This document shows positions 1-15,800 of a stretch of DNA of 64,000 nt, piece by piece. Each line of letters begins with the position of its first letter. Position 1 is the first letter of the stretch. The translations under genes were made by a program, and so were the position numbers. The notes beneath the pieces were generated by a model. That model ran no database searches. It was not told where the DNA came from and worked only from the letters and a program-made list of their open reading frames with translations. The DNA comes from Trichinella spiralis (taxonomy: Eukaryota), in assembly GCF_000181795.1 (NCBI RefSeq), contig NW_003526941.1:2261376-2325375 (forward strand), given 5' to 3'.

Positions 1-1984
1 AAAAGCTGGCATATACAGTTTTGCCAATAGCATTTTATATTGACAGAACTGCAGAATCCCTAGCTGGGTATCGAAGGTCGGATGTTGTAGTTGCAAATTT
101 GAAAGCTGTGAGATACTGATGTCAGCACATCACGGGGCGCTGAAAATATTTTCACTTTTATAATTCTGTATGACTATGAAACAGTGGATACGTGTGTCTG
201 GCATACAAATGGCAACAAGAAAATAAGCATCAGCCGGTGAAATTAATTGATTATTAACTGGCCTTTTTTCTTCAAAACATTCTGCACAGGGCTTAACATA
301 ACGCAATAGTACTTTTTGCAAATGCAAGAAATGCGCTCACGCTAGCTGACCCCGAGGCAATTGCGATTCTTCAATTTTGGAAAACAGCCCAATTTAACAT
401 CGTCTTTGCAAATGGAAATTCATAATTGCTATCAGAGTGAAAAGGTTGTACAAAATGGTATTTCTTGATTATATCTATGAACTTGTTTGATAACTTAGTT
501 CAATTCTCTGAAGTTTAATACAAACATTTAACAAACAAAATTATGTTGCAATAGTTGAAGGGCGGTGATCATTTAACAAAAAATTTCAATATATTTTTAT
601 TGTCTGTTTGTCAATATGTTGCACACATAAATGAATTTATATGTATGTATTGTATTGTATTGTATTGTATTGCTCAGCTGTGCTATGGGAAATTAGCATT
701 TCGAATATTTCGTGTATTATGAGTAATAATTTTTTAAAACAGTATCTAATGTTAGGTGATAAAATTGTCACAAGAGGAGAACTGTGTTGCGCTCAGCATT
801 GAAAAGAACGCGGCATAGCATGCGTTGTGTCATATGTGTGTAAGTTGGAGCAAAAAAGATTTTATTATTAGAACGTGCAACGTTTTACATCGAAATGTAT
901 TTATTATGAATTTTCAGACGAAGAATTATCAAAATTTTATTGACGTCAATGATAACTGTAATATTTTGAAGCTGGTTTTCATCAGCTGCGAATAATTTGC
1001 TGTTTTTCATTTATACCATTAACTAATTTTGCATTTTGCTCATGCTGCTAATTGTACGCCGAAAACAAAATTGCAAATTTATTGAACAGCAGAAATGAAA
1101 ATTGGATGATATAAATCTATTTACCAAATTTGCTTTGCTTGAGGTTTATTTAGGTGAGGCGAAGCTTCTTTCTTGCAGCCAGTTCGATCAAAGTGTTTTT
1201 TATAAAAAATATATAATTAAATTCGCTGCATATAATTTATAACCTGACCGCATCAAGTAAATCAGTGCAATTTAGCCACAGAGGTTTGGAATAGCTAGGC
1301 AGGCGTGATATAAGTATTACAATTTATGTTGCACTACTATTAAAAATAATACATTACTACCTGGGGTAAAATTTTGATAGAATGAGTTAAAGATTGTAAA
1401 ATATAAAAGTTTTATATATACTACTTTTTTTATCAAAAATTTACCAACTTAATTTATGAAAAGATTAATGCTGTACCATATGCTTAGCTGATATTTGCCA
1501 GTAAGAATGCAAGCAAATTTATGTCACGAAAAATGTCAAATGGTCTATTTTTGGAAAATTAAATGATATCACTTTGTAGAATCTGTCTTAAACGAGTTGA
1601 AGTTTTGTGTTGATTTCAGAAGCAATCTCTTGGACCGAGGAAAAAATGGGATAATTTGTCACAGTTGTAACCTGGTTTTGTGTAGTTTGACTGGAATTTA
1701 AAGTGAAGTTGAAAATTTTGCTAGTTGCATGTTAGTGCAATGCTGAATAAAAGTTAAATATATTTTACTGGTGGTGGGGATTATTTTTAGTGATTCAAGG
1801 AAAGAAAATGCTTTCAAAAAGCAGAATTTTCATTAAAATCTTGTAAATGCAGAGTCTAATGTATATTGAATAAGATGATATTGAAGCGTTTCTATGTGTT
1901 GATAATTTTGATATTTTCACTAAACCAAACTGTATAATGGTTGTGATTGGATGAATAGGCAATTATTAATTCAAAACTTTTCTT

Positions 1985-4368
<2,384 letters not shown>

Positions 4369-5021
4369 TTTTTTGTCCACGTTCTGCTAGTGATGTTTAA
4401 CAGTTGAACGTTGGAAAGTGCTTTTTTTGAGTTTTCTTCTTTTTTTCAAGCAGTAAATTGTGCAACTTTGTCAATATTGAACAAATCCAACAAAGTGTCA
4501 AGTGTGGTTGTTTGATGCAAAGTACATCGTGTCAGGAGGAACAATTTTCTCTACCGTACAAAACTGTTCAGATTGGGAAAACTGGTGAACGACTGACAGG
4601 CTTTTGATATGCTGCTTTATTATATATATGTATGTATATGAGCACGTACTTTTGACATTTTTGGAAATCGACCAGTACCTTTCTACGGTCACGAGACTTT
4701 TCAGCGTTGATTGGCCTACATAGTAGCTCTGCTATGTTTGTTTTGCTGGGAAATCAGGGACAAGTTGAAAAGAATAAAGAATAATGAGAAGAAGAAGACG
4801 ACAACGAACTGTACAATTATAATACTTTGGCAAACAGCGCTGGAGATTTTTCATTTTTTTTGATTCAGATTCTTTTTTCATAGAATTTTATAAAGCAGTT
4901 TACTTTTAAAAGTAAATAGATGGCTGGAACTCGGTACAATTTTCAACAGTTATTTTCTCGACAAAAATGAATGGTGAAAATTGTAAAAGTGAATTTCAAT
5001 GCTGAAATATTTTCAATTTGA

Positions 5022-6842
5022 TCACAAAATTATGGGAGTTGCTTGAAATGCTAATGATTCAATGCCACATTCATTTGTTCCTCGTCGAATACGAAAATAA
5101 CCATCTTCGCCGAATTTACGTCCCCATGAATTTTTCACTATCCAATATTTCTCTTTTGTCATTTCGTCAGTACCATAGCCGACGATAATTACCGCGTGAT
5201 TTACTTCCTTAATAATTTAATGTAACATGAAGAAGATGTATGTTTTCCGCTCGGTTGTCACTTACGACAAATGGATTCCATTTCAACGGGCTCACGGCAC
5301 TGGTGTAGTGGTATATTCCATGCGAGTAGCTCAAAAAATCGTCATGTACTTCAAAACCGACTGCTATGGGTCCGTTTTTGACCAGTGCTTGCATCATCAA
5401 AATTTCATTACTTCTGAACAAGAAGTTCCGTTTAAGTGAATTTTGAACGTAGATTTTTATTTTCATACGCTCCGTAATATCCTCCGATGTATTCATAGTC
5501 AGTAGCGTAATATCTTTCGCACGTTGATGGCGTTCTACACTGTTGCTGTTTTCCAGTATATGCTACGCAACGTTCACTGACCATACCGTAGTCTTCTGCG
5601 TATTTCCCGGCAATCAAATAACTGAATCCCCCATCGCACCCTGTTTCAACGCAACGTTTTTTTTAGAAAAATTCAAAAAACTTTCGTATTTTACCTTGCG
5701 AATATGGACTGCAATTGACGACATCCTGTGGGGAGAATGTTACGCGTTCTCTGTTCTGAGTTAGAATATGATATCGGGCCTCGAGCATGCTGGCACTGGC
5801 GAACGCGTAACAGCTGCCACAGTTTTCTGTAATGGTAAATGAAAAAAATTATTATAGAATTTCTGACTGAAAAAAAACAATTTTTTCCTCCTAACTTTGA
5901 TCCCTGACATCCCCGATGAAATTATTTCCATTATTATTTCTCCAATCGAATTTCTCTGGCAGAATAACAGCGCTCAACTTCTGCTCCGTTGTAATGGGAG
6001 CTGATTTGATTTTTCTAAAGTAGAAACAATTTTTCTTCTTCACAAAGATGCTTTGCTTATTAACAGTAGATTAATTACTTCGCAGTGCGATGATATTGGT
6101 AAGCATTGGCGCGTATGAGGGATTCCACACGATTGAGATAGAATTGTTCGTCGTAAATCTTTGCTGTCCAATTTGTTTGAATTGAATTAATTGTTGATAC
6201 AAAATCAGCCATTTTGTAATATTCATGTTTGAAGTGTTGTTGATTTATTTGTGAAGCATTCATTCTTTAAAATGACAACTGCGGAATTAAATATTGTATT
6301 GTATTGAGCAACAGCAACTTACGGTAGTGTTGTAGCGGTTGCTTGGAAAATGGACGGGTGCAACTTTGTCCCAACAAAGCAAGACCAATGTCGGCCGAGA
6401 ATGTCATGCTGCCATCCAGGTAGCGTTTTTCCACAGATGCTGATGAATTTGTTATCTCTTTTGATCCATTTGAAAAAGGCGAAATATTTGCGATTGTTCA
6501 CTATTACTTCGAAACCCTGGTTGTAAATTAATGTCCATTTTCCTCTGTTGCCGAACTTGTCCAACGCGACGTTCGGATACAGCAGTTGAATGATATTTTG
6601 TCTGCTGAAATCTAAAAAATTGTGCACTTGCCTAAGCAGAATTTATGGTTTTTTTCAAATTTGTTCCTCTTCTTACCCATGGTTGCATTTTCGCATGTAG
6701 CAGGGCCTTTTGTTGAGTAACCACTTTCCTGAAATTTCCACGTTCCTGCTACATCTTCGAAATAACAGCTCACAGGTATGTCAGCTTCTGTTGATAAGAT
6801 CAGTGCAAATATTGCAGCGAGTATTCTATTCAAAGTGTTCAT
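5022..6842 (-). CDS. CTSC: Cathepsin C / dipeptidyl peptidase I, paralogue 2 (multi-exon)
   Basis: Signal peptide then [58 protein letters not shown] and WIVKNSWG. Intron layout matches paralogue 1. ATG at 6842, TGA at 5022-5024. Confidence 0.95.
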
Positions 6843-9800
6843 TTTATTATTCTTTTTGAAAATTATTGTATTATCCTCATATATTTAACTTTTTTTCGGC
6901 GGTGCTTCTCTACTTCTTGTTCTCTGTTGATTTGTTTTTGAAAGATGATTTTAGAACTTTCGCTGAGAAATTTATTTATTTACATTTTTACAAGCTGATT
7001 GTGCAATGTTTGCTTTCTGCAGAGTGTGATAGGGATAAATTTGTTGAAAATAATCCTCCTTCTTTGATAAGCAAATTTCTATTACCGACAACACACCTCC
7101 GTTTGATTTTCTCCTTATCTCATTTTTACGGCTTATTTGTGATGTTCTATTTGATTTTGATGGGCAGAGAAAAGGCATACTTCTCGTATCAACAATGAAT
7201 CTTCTCACGTTACCAGTCGATTCTTCGTTTTTTTTCTTTTTTTTTAATTTCAATAATCCCAATTTCAAATTTGTTCGGTGTTTCAATTTTTTTTTCCTTT
7301 GCTTCTTTGTTAATGACAATATATAACAAAATAACTTTGATAATGGATGATGGAGATGATGATGGAAAGCTTCGAGCAAATGTTTTTAATAATTGTTGAT
7401 AACAACATATATAATTGTGTTTTTCAACTTTTCTCAAGATCAAATGAAAAGTGAAAGTGAATAAGTGCCTTTCACGATCCGAAGTGCAATTATGCGTGCT
7501 TCTTCATGCTGAACTGCCGTGAAAAAATAAGCAAAAATATAAACGTTTTGCATTAAACAAATGTTTTATTAATTTATTATTTGAAAGCATTTTTTTCATG
7601 TTGTGTGCTTTTTGGAGCGTATAAAATTTCGAACTTTTATTTACTGAATGTTGCCAATGTTGTTGTTCAACTTTATTGATCTGTTTCAATGGTTGAACGT
7701 TAATTGCATGTATAGTTGGTGATCAACATTGTTAATAATCAGTCGGATCTGGTAATAATGATAGTAAATTTTCTGAAATATTACCATTTTAAAAGCTGAA
7801 TTTAAATCTACTACGAGGATGAAGAGCAAAATATAAATAAATATATGAAATTCTTTTCTAGCACTGATATTGCTGTTTATTTTATTCGATAAGTGACGAA
7901 GTATTATTGTCACATCGGCATTTTAAGTTTTTTAATCATTCTCAGTATGAATGATTTATTACAGTTACTGCATATATAGCATTTCATTTATTTAACTAAT
8001 ATGAAGAAAGTTTAAAACTTGCAGTTTTTTTATTTGAATTTGTAAATGTTGTTTTTAAAAATTGTATTTTCGTCAAGAATTGAGATGAACTGCAGGTAAA
8101 ATATGCTACAATTGATAGATGATTGCATTTTGTTTGCGCATGACGCTTTCTGATATGTAAACGTTTTTGAAAATGGCTTCCGCATAGATGTTTTAAAGGG
8201 ATCGATGGAAAAAATTTCAATCTGTGATTAGCTTCTAAAAGACACCGCCAGTCGGTTTTTATATTGTTTCCACTGCTGCATTGGAAAGTTGACACTTTTG
8301 ACATTAGAGATGATTATTTTCTATCTTCTCACATGTGCACCTTGGAGATGGATCGATGGTTCCCATAATGAACACTTTGATAGAGTTGAACTTTTTTGAT
8401 GGCGGTTTCTTTTCAGAATTCTCTGTTCCATTTGACCTTTTAGTGGCATAACTCCCCGAGGTGTTAGTGATATTGGATAAAACAGGAGAAACTAAGCAAT
8501 CATGCCACTAAAAGTAGCCGAATCAGCAGACAAATTTGCCATTTGGAACCCTCTGGCAAATATATACTGCCTCGAGTACTTTTTTAGCTTTTATTTTTAA
8601 TCAAGTTATAATGTCAGTGGAATTGTGGTTATGAATCATCGCATTTTCTATAAATAAATAGATATATATATAGATATATACGTATTTATTTATTGTCATT
8701 CTATTTTTTTTGATATGTGACATCTTGATCCTTTTGCTCTGATTTGCTGGTTGATCGCTTATTTTCTGATAGAAAAGCGACAAACTTTGCCATTTGGACG
8801 TTGCAACGTTTTCTCTTTGATTTATAGTTGATTTGAATCTCAACAAAAGTATGTTTTTTTCTCTTAACAGAAATAATGTTAGTTATTTCATTATCTCCGC
8901 AGTACATAGGCGTAAGGCGACTTTATTTCAAATTAGAATTAAATTTACTGTAATTGAATTACTTTCACAGTTCTTGTAGTTTGCTACTGAAATATTTACT
9001 AGAGTAATTAAAAAAGACATTTAGTTAATACATATTGATTTTACAGTTTATTGTAAGTGCTGATTAAGCCGATTTCTAAATATGTTAAGTAATTTTTTAA
9101 ATATCATGATAATTTGATTAAAGCTGAAGGGAAACTATGCAGAATTGTAAACGAACAAATAAGTAAAGTGAAATGAAGCTTCAAATGGCAAATATAGCAT
9201 ATTAAAAAAAGAAAATTCTTTTCAAATCCCTTGTCATTTTGCAGTTTTAGAGATTTTTTAATTTTGCTGCCAGATGCAATAGTTAATTTGCAGAGTTGGT
9301 TAGTTGTTCAGTTAATTCGACACTCTTTTTGCTATGTTATTTTTTAAAATCTTTTTTAAACTTACATGCTGAAATTGCTTTTGAGCAGCTTCTATTTTTT
9401 ATCTTTATTGCCATTTTGTTTGTTGATATTCTTAACCTATTAATCTCTGCTGAAAGGTAGCTTTCAAGGGCTGGTGCAGTTGCAGTTGATGATATTTATC
9501 AAATTTTTGATGATGATTATTCTTTATGGGACTTTTATTTCAAATGAATTTTTCACGTCTTTTGTTGAGAATTTCGACATAGCCGAGACAACAGCTTTTC
9601 TTTGTGTGTTTCACAATCACAGACATTGCAGATATATTTTGTTATGAGTGCAAAAAAAGTGAAGCAATAAAGTCGTTTTCTTCAACAACTGTGCAAAGTA
9701 GTTAGCATTATTAGCCGGAGCAAATTTTATTTTTCTTCAAATGGACGGACGTTCAGGGCATGTTCTTCTAAAATTGCCCATCTATCAACATTTATTTCTC

Positions 9801-12800
9801 CGGCCTGCATCGCACAGGATAAAAGTTCCATATCTTTCATTTTTATAGACATTTTATTCCCAAGGAGCGAGACATTGATAATGGGAATGTCAGTCATCCA
9901 ACGAATAATGCAACTGTGCAGTTTAAATTTACTTTTGCAAATGCTTTACGTTTTGTCATTTTTCACCAATTACACCCAGTAACCACAGTTCTATCGGCCA
10001 TGTTACGAAGTTTGTTTAATAATATTCAGTGTGATTTTTTCTTTCAAATTTACATACAGTTTATGAATTTATTATATAATTTCATGAATTGTTGAAATGT
10101 TGCTCGGTGAATACTTTTTTTTTTGATCGGCGGCTGCTGTGTGCTTGGCAATTCTTGCAACTTAATTTCCCAAACTTGTGAAAGCTACCGTGTAATGGGA
10201 GAACTTGTTTGTTTGACTTTTTTGCAGTAATTCACCTTCTTTTTGTTAATGTTAACGCTCCAAGGCCGCAGTTTGCAATTCTTAGGCTTCATTTGTTTTG
10301 CTTTTATAGAAAATTTCTCGTTACCATATCAATAAACTCCCTGACGCAATATGCTTTTTTTTCAAAGAAATTAAATTAGGTGAGATGTAAAAAATTTAAA
10401 TTGTCAAAGTTTTTTCTTTTTGAAAAAATGTTAACTTTCTTCTGTATGAACATTAGTTTGTGGACACTGCTGCGATGAAATTTTTTCTTTTCATTTTTGA
10501 AGGTAAACTTTTTCAAATGCTCTTCTTATTTATGCGACGGGGTTGTGTTTTTTTTTCTTTTGGTTGTAATTAAGCGACTGTGAGGCTTTTATGATTGTTT
10601 CGAATGTGATTTGTCTCCATTGGAAGAAATTATTTCATGAAGCTCAATTTCAATTTACATTCTGCACAATTTTGAATACTTTTGTGATTGCTTGAGATGA
10701 AAAAAATGAGCACTTGTTGCATAAATTTTATAGAAAAAAAATATATTTTACTGAAGTTCTGTTTGTTGTTGTGTGTCATGAACTTGCATATTACAGGTGA
10801 ATGCAGTCAATTTAAGTGCAATTTTGTATACGAGGGGTCGGTCGACAGAGAGAAAGAAACAGAGGTACAAAGAGAGGGGTAGAGGAAGAATAGGTAGGTT
10901 AAATGTTGAATACATCCATGCTCGACCAGTCACAGGATATAACGGTCAAGAGAGTAGTAGCAGTGGCCATGATCAATGAAGAATAGCAGCCATTAGTGAC
11001 CGCGTTTTGGCCAGTGAGCACAGGCGCGCCTCGGCTAGTAGCGTACTTTGTGTCGCCACTGCTGAACTCAGGTAGCGAGCGTTTAGTTTATTTATTATAA
11101 TGATTTTCTGATGAATTCTCAATTTCACCGGACGAATTTTCATATATCTGACGTTTTTATTTGCAGAAATCTTCTTTCTTCTTTTCTTAAATAATGTTTC
11201 TCTCCTCCTCCAGTGTTTTGTTAATTTGAGAAAAAAGTGAGCTTTTTTTCTATTTTACTGTTGTAGATGAAATGATATGCTGGCAGTTAACCAAATAAAG
11301 AAAATAACAGATATATCCAATTATTAATTTTGTTTTTATTTCCTTTGTCTTCTGGTGAAAATTGTCATTATAAGAAGCTTGAATCGATTATTGTTTTTCA
11401 CTGTCATTTTCTTCGCCATAGTCTGTGATGGATGCTTTGTTAATTTTTATGCCTTTGGCAATGATCGGTCAGACGCGTTTGGCTTTGTGCCTCGGCGTTC
11501 ATCGAAACGGGTTGTTGTTTTCTGTCATCACCGTAGTGGCAATTAGAAACGGGGGCGTTGGCGATGTGGAAATTGATTTCATTGAACAGCGAAAAAAGGA
11601 GTAAATTTTTTTTTCACTTTTTTGCAATCAAATCACATCTAAACATTTTGTGACGTAATAAAGTTTGAGAATATATTTTAAAAGAAAGAAAAAATTTCAT
11701 TCATTATTGTAATATGTGAAAATTGGTGCAGTTGCTTTGCATTTTATGCTTAAATTTGTTGTTGTATTATAATAATACAGATTCATTTTGAGCTTTCTGT
11801 TTTTATTGTTCTTGGTTTAAAAGAAGAATGTTTTTTTTTCTACTCTCTCTAATGATTGATAGTGTCAATTAGCGCTATTTGATCATGGTCACTGCACCTC
11901 TGTTATGCCTTTAAACGTTATAATTGGAAAAAAAGAAGAAAAATTTTTTGATGATAAAAAAACTCATGCTGTTCAAAGCAATTTTCCGTAGGCCAAGCTT
12001 TTTCTCTAGTGGAATAATAATGATACACGAACGAACGAACGAAAAACGACGGTGTGTGTCAGTGTTGTTCGTTTTATACAAAAGTTTTCATCTCAGTTAC
12101 CGCTTAATCAAAAGTTTTTATCCAGTATTGTTGTTGTTGTTGTTGTTGTTGTAAGCATTATTTTGTTTGTTATTTTGGAAAAGATTGCTTTTTTGTACTG
12201 CTGCTGCTGCTGCTGATGCTTATGCCAGTTGTTTTATATTGATTGGAGAATGTGGAACTGTTTTGGACCAGTCTAACCTGGCTAAAACGGGGCGAACAAG
12301 TTTCACAGACAACACAAGCTTGCAAGTTGCACGAGTATTCTTTGTGTAACCGTTTTTGGCAAAGGAGAAGAAGAAGAAGAATCAAAAAATCAAATATCTC
12401 ATGCATAAGTAGGCAATTTGTGATATTTTTCATTTTCTTTTGGTTCTGTGCTCGCCGATTGGAAGCCAGAAGAAGCAGAAACAGTGTTTATAAAGCTTGT
12501 GTGGAACGAACGAGCGGCTTGTCGTCATTGGATAGATTATGAGCATATTTATTAATTTACCTTTTCTGTTTTTTGCTGTTTCGTGTTTTCTCTACGCGAG
12601 AAGAAGAAAAAAACACTCTCCCTTTCTCAGTAGTTGATTATCTATCTATATATCTTGCTTTGTGAAAATTAGCGCACGTCGTCGTTGGTCGGGCATGCTG
12701 CAGAGATGAAGTTGAAAGATGGCATTTGCACGTTCGATGCTGGTGTTGATTTATTACGCAAATGGAACCTTTTCATTTATAACTGATGAATGGATGTGAA

Positions 12801-15800
12801 TTGTTATGTCAAGAAGTTTTCCATCGAAATGAATTGTTGTACACCGGTTTTCACTTTCATCTTTACTGGTTGTTCCAAAACGGGTGAGCTTTTTCTATTT
12901 CTTCTTCTTCTTCTTCTTCTCCTTTTCCAACTATTTTTTGCAGGTTGTTTTTCGAGTTGCTTTTTTCAAAAATTCAAATTACGTACGTCCATTTTGATGA
13001 AGTTCAATTTTGCAAATGAAACTTGACTTGTTTGCAACTTGGTTTTTAAAATTGTTTCTTCTCTGGTTTTATTATGTTCCACACTCGCACGTGTTGCTCT
13101 TACCCCGAGCAAGCCTTTGGGTTAACATTTTTATTACTTTGAAACATCTGCTCTGAAAAATGCACTTCTAAACCTAGCAGGACGGGAGAAGGGAGGGAAG
13201 GGACGTTCTTCGTACGAAATGTGTCTCATTTCGAATGTCTTTATGTTCGTGCATTGCCATCCGATTGAAGCAGATTTTCCACTCTTGTTCACGAATGTTC
13301 CAATGGCAGTCACAACATCATCATCATTATTCTTTCCAATTGAATCGTTCAATTTCCCTTTTTTAAACTTCAAAAAAACAAAAATATTATCTCTGAATAA
13401 TAATTATTTATTGGCTGAGCTCAACTGGTTGTGATCATTTTTGAAAAATAACTTTTAGTAATGCTTTCTGATGAGTTAGTTCTGAGCGATAACGAAGCTG
13501 ACAATATGGAACAGTCGCGCCCCAGTCGAACTTGCTTGCGACAGTGGTTTTTTCTTATTCTTTTTCTATGCTTACCATCTCACAAAGCAGGTTACTATTA
13601 TTTATATTTTATCACTTTTTGCTGGCTTGATCTGACTGAACATTGAGGATAATTTTACATGTTGCATAACAACGATAGATAGAAGATACTTTTGCTAGCT
13701 TCATCAACTCCAATTCACTTGGGGAAGGGGAATTATTACAACGGTGCAGCCAGTACAGAGTGTTGTTAATTTTTCTTTTATTTGGGTCGTTGCTGTGCTG
13801 TTGGTGTTTCAGAAAAATTGTCACATAGTATATTATTGCTAGCAGTCAGTTGTCACTTAGTCCACCTCGTTGGTCGGTCCAGTTCGTCTGGATTTGGATA
13901 TCAGCTTTGATTATTATCAAGTCATGTGTTGTTGTGTGTGCTATGGTTGAATAAATACTGCGGCTGTTCGTTCATTTGGAACGAAAATCTCGTCCTATAG
14001 CGTATATTTACTACTTCTATTTTGCTAGCCCATTTTAATAATAATAATAGTGAGTGTATCCGTCTTCTCAAAGGCTTCTCGTCTTTGTCGTGGACAGATT
14101 TCGACATTTGATGTGAATAAAAGGAGAATGGTATGAAATATTTTTGTCCCCCCCTCTCTCTCTCTCTTTCTCTCAAGCTCTGTTTCTCATTTGCCGTGCT
14201 AAAATGCAGCTTGTTTGTTCACACTTTTACCGACTATATTCATTTGCATGCCTGGCTTCAAGTTTTGAGCATTTTCAATCCGTGAAGAAACTTTTTTTCG
14301 CTGTTTTTTTGCAGACATTGAGTGATGACAGTTAAGCAGTTAGGCACACGCACACAGAGGGGAGAGAAAGAGAAACATCGTGCTTCTTCAACTTTAAGCT
14401 TATGTCTAATTCTTTAAAAAACAGAACTTATTGAGTTCATTTGCAAATATTGGAGACAGACACTATTTTTCAATTGATTTTAAAGGGAAATGTTATTATT
14501 TAGACGATTAGTGTCACGTATACTTTTTCATTACTTGATTTTTTGTCATTTTTAATACTTCCAGTTGCATTTGTTTACTGCAGCAGCATGAAACAACATT
14601 AAGAATAATTACTTTCACTCTTGTAATTGATTGCAAGCAATATAATAATGATAATGAAGTATCATATTTAATTATTGAAGCAATAATATATCAGTTTGCT
14701 GTTTTCTTACGCCCACATTACGTAGGCGAAATTTTTATATACAGACATTTTATGTCCCAGTTGACAATTTGAACATTTGAACGAACAACGATTTTGTGCT
14801 TTTCCAACTGTGCTCGCATATTGTTTTGTTGGTAGTGCTTTTTTATGGTTTGTTCGTCTTTGCGTTAATTAATCAATGAAAATGAAAAACAACGAGAAAA
14901 GAAATACTTCTTCTACTGGTATGTAATTGAGTTTTAACTGCTTTTTTAAAAGTGAATGATAGTAAAATACAATTATAAAATAATCTATATCTGTGGCATC
15001 TCTTGATTTTTTTTTGATTTTAATACACAAAATCTGACAACTGATCGACCATTCGCTTCTGCTACGTTGCAATTCAATATGATGGTATAATTAATTTTGC
15101 TGGGTGCAACTTATTGTTTTTCTAACGGTACTGATTTGAATAATCTTGAAATATTTATTTTTCACGGTTTGAATAAAATTGTCCCTTAATCTATCGTCTT
15201 GTCTTGTCTTGTCTCTTAAATAAGATGCAATTTGCACTTTGAGCAGCTAGCTTACTTTGTCATTATTGCTGCTACTTGCTGACCACCAATCTTCTGTTTA
15301 TTATGTCTCGTATTTTGTGCTATTTGTGTGCTATTCTTCATTTTTCAAAGTTCAATCATCGACAGCAGTTGTCGATTGTGTTTTGATATAATTTTTAATA
15401 TTTCATCTCCCGGTTCTGGTGACGACAGCTTTCAGCCGCTGTTTTATACACATGTATGCCCGGGACGCAATTTTGTAAACGGCAAAACGAATCCTCAGGC
15501 TGAGACGAAATTAGCAACTGGGCTGTTTGTGGGTGGAAAACTTGCCCTGCAACCTGCAGGCGCTGATTTACCGTTGTCGATTTTAATTTTAATGTGTGCT
15601 TTTAATCTTGTCCGTGCAGAAATTGTCAGAGGAGGTCGTCAAATGGAGAATAGTCTTACTTCTTCTGTTTTGTTGGTATTGTTAAATAGGACTGGACACA
15701 TGCATAAATGACATTTCATATTTTTCGGCAGTTTTTTTTGTGAGGAGATCAGAGATTTTTCTTCTAATCAAAAACAACAAGCAGTCAGTCAACTGGTGCG

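Noticed and set aside
60..480. Possible minus-strand exons at the window start
   Set aside because: One plausible splice exists, but there are in-frame stops upstream and no recognisable homology.
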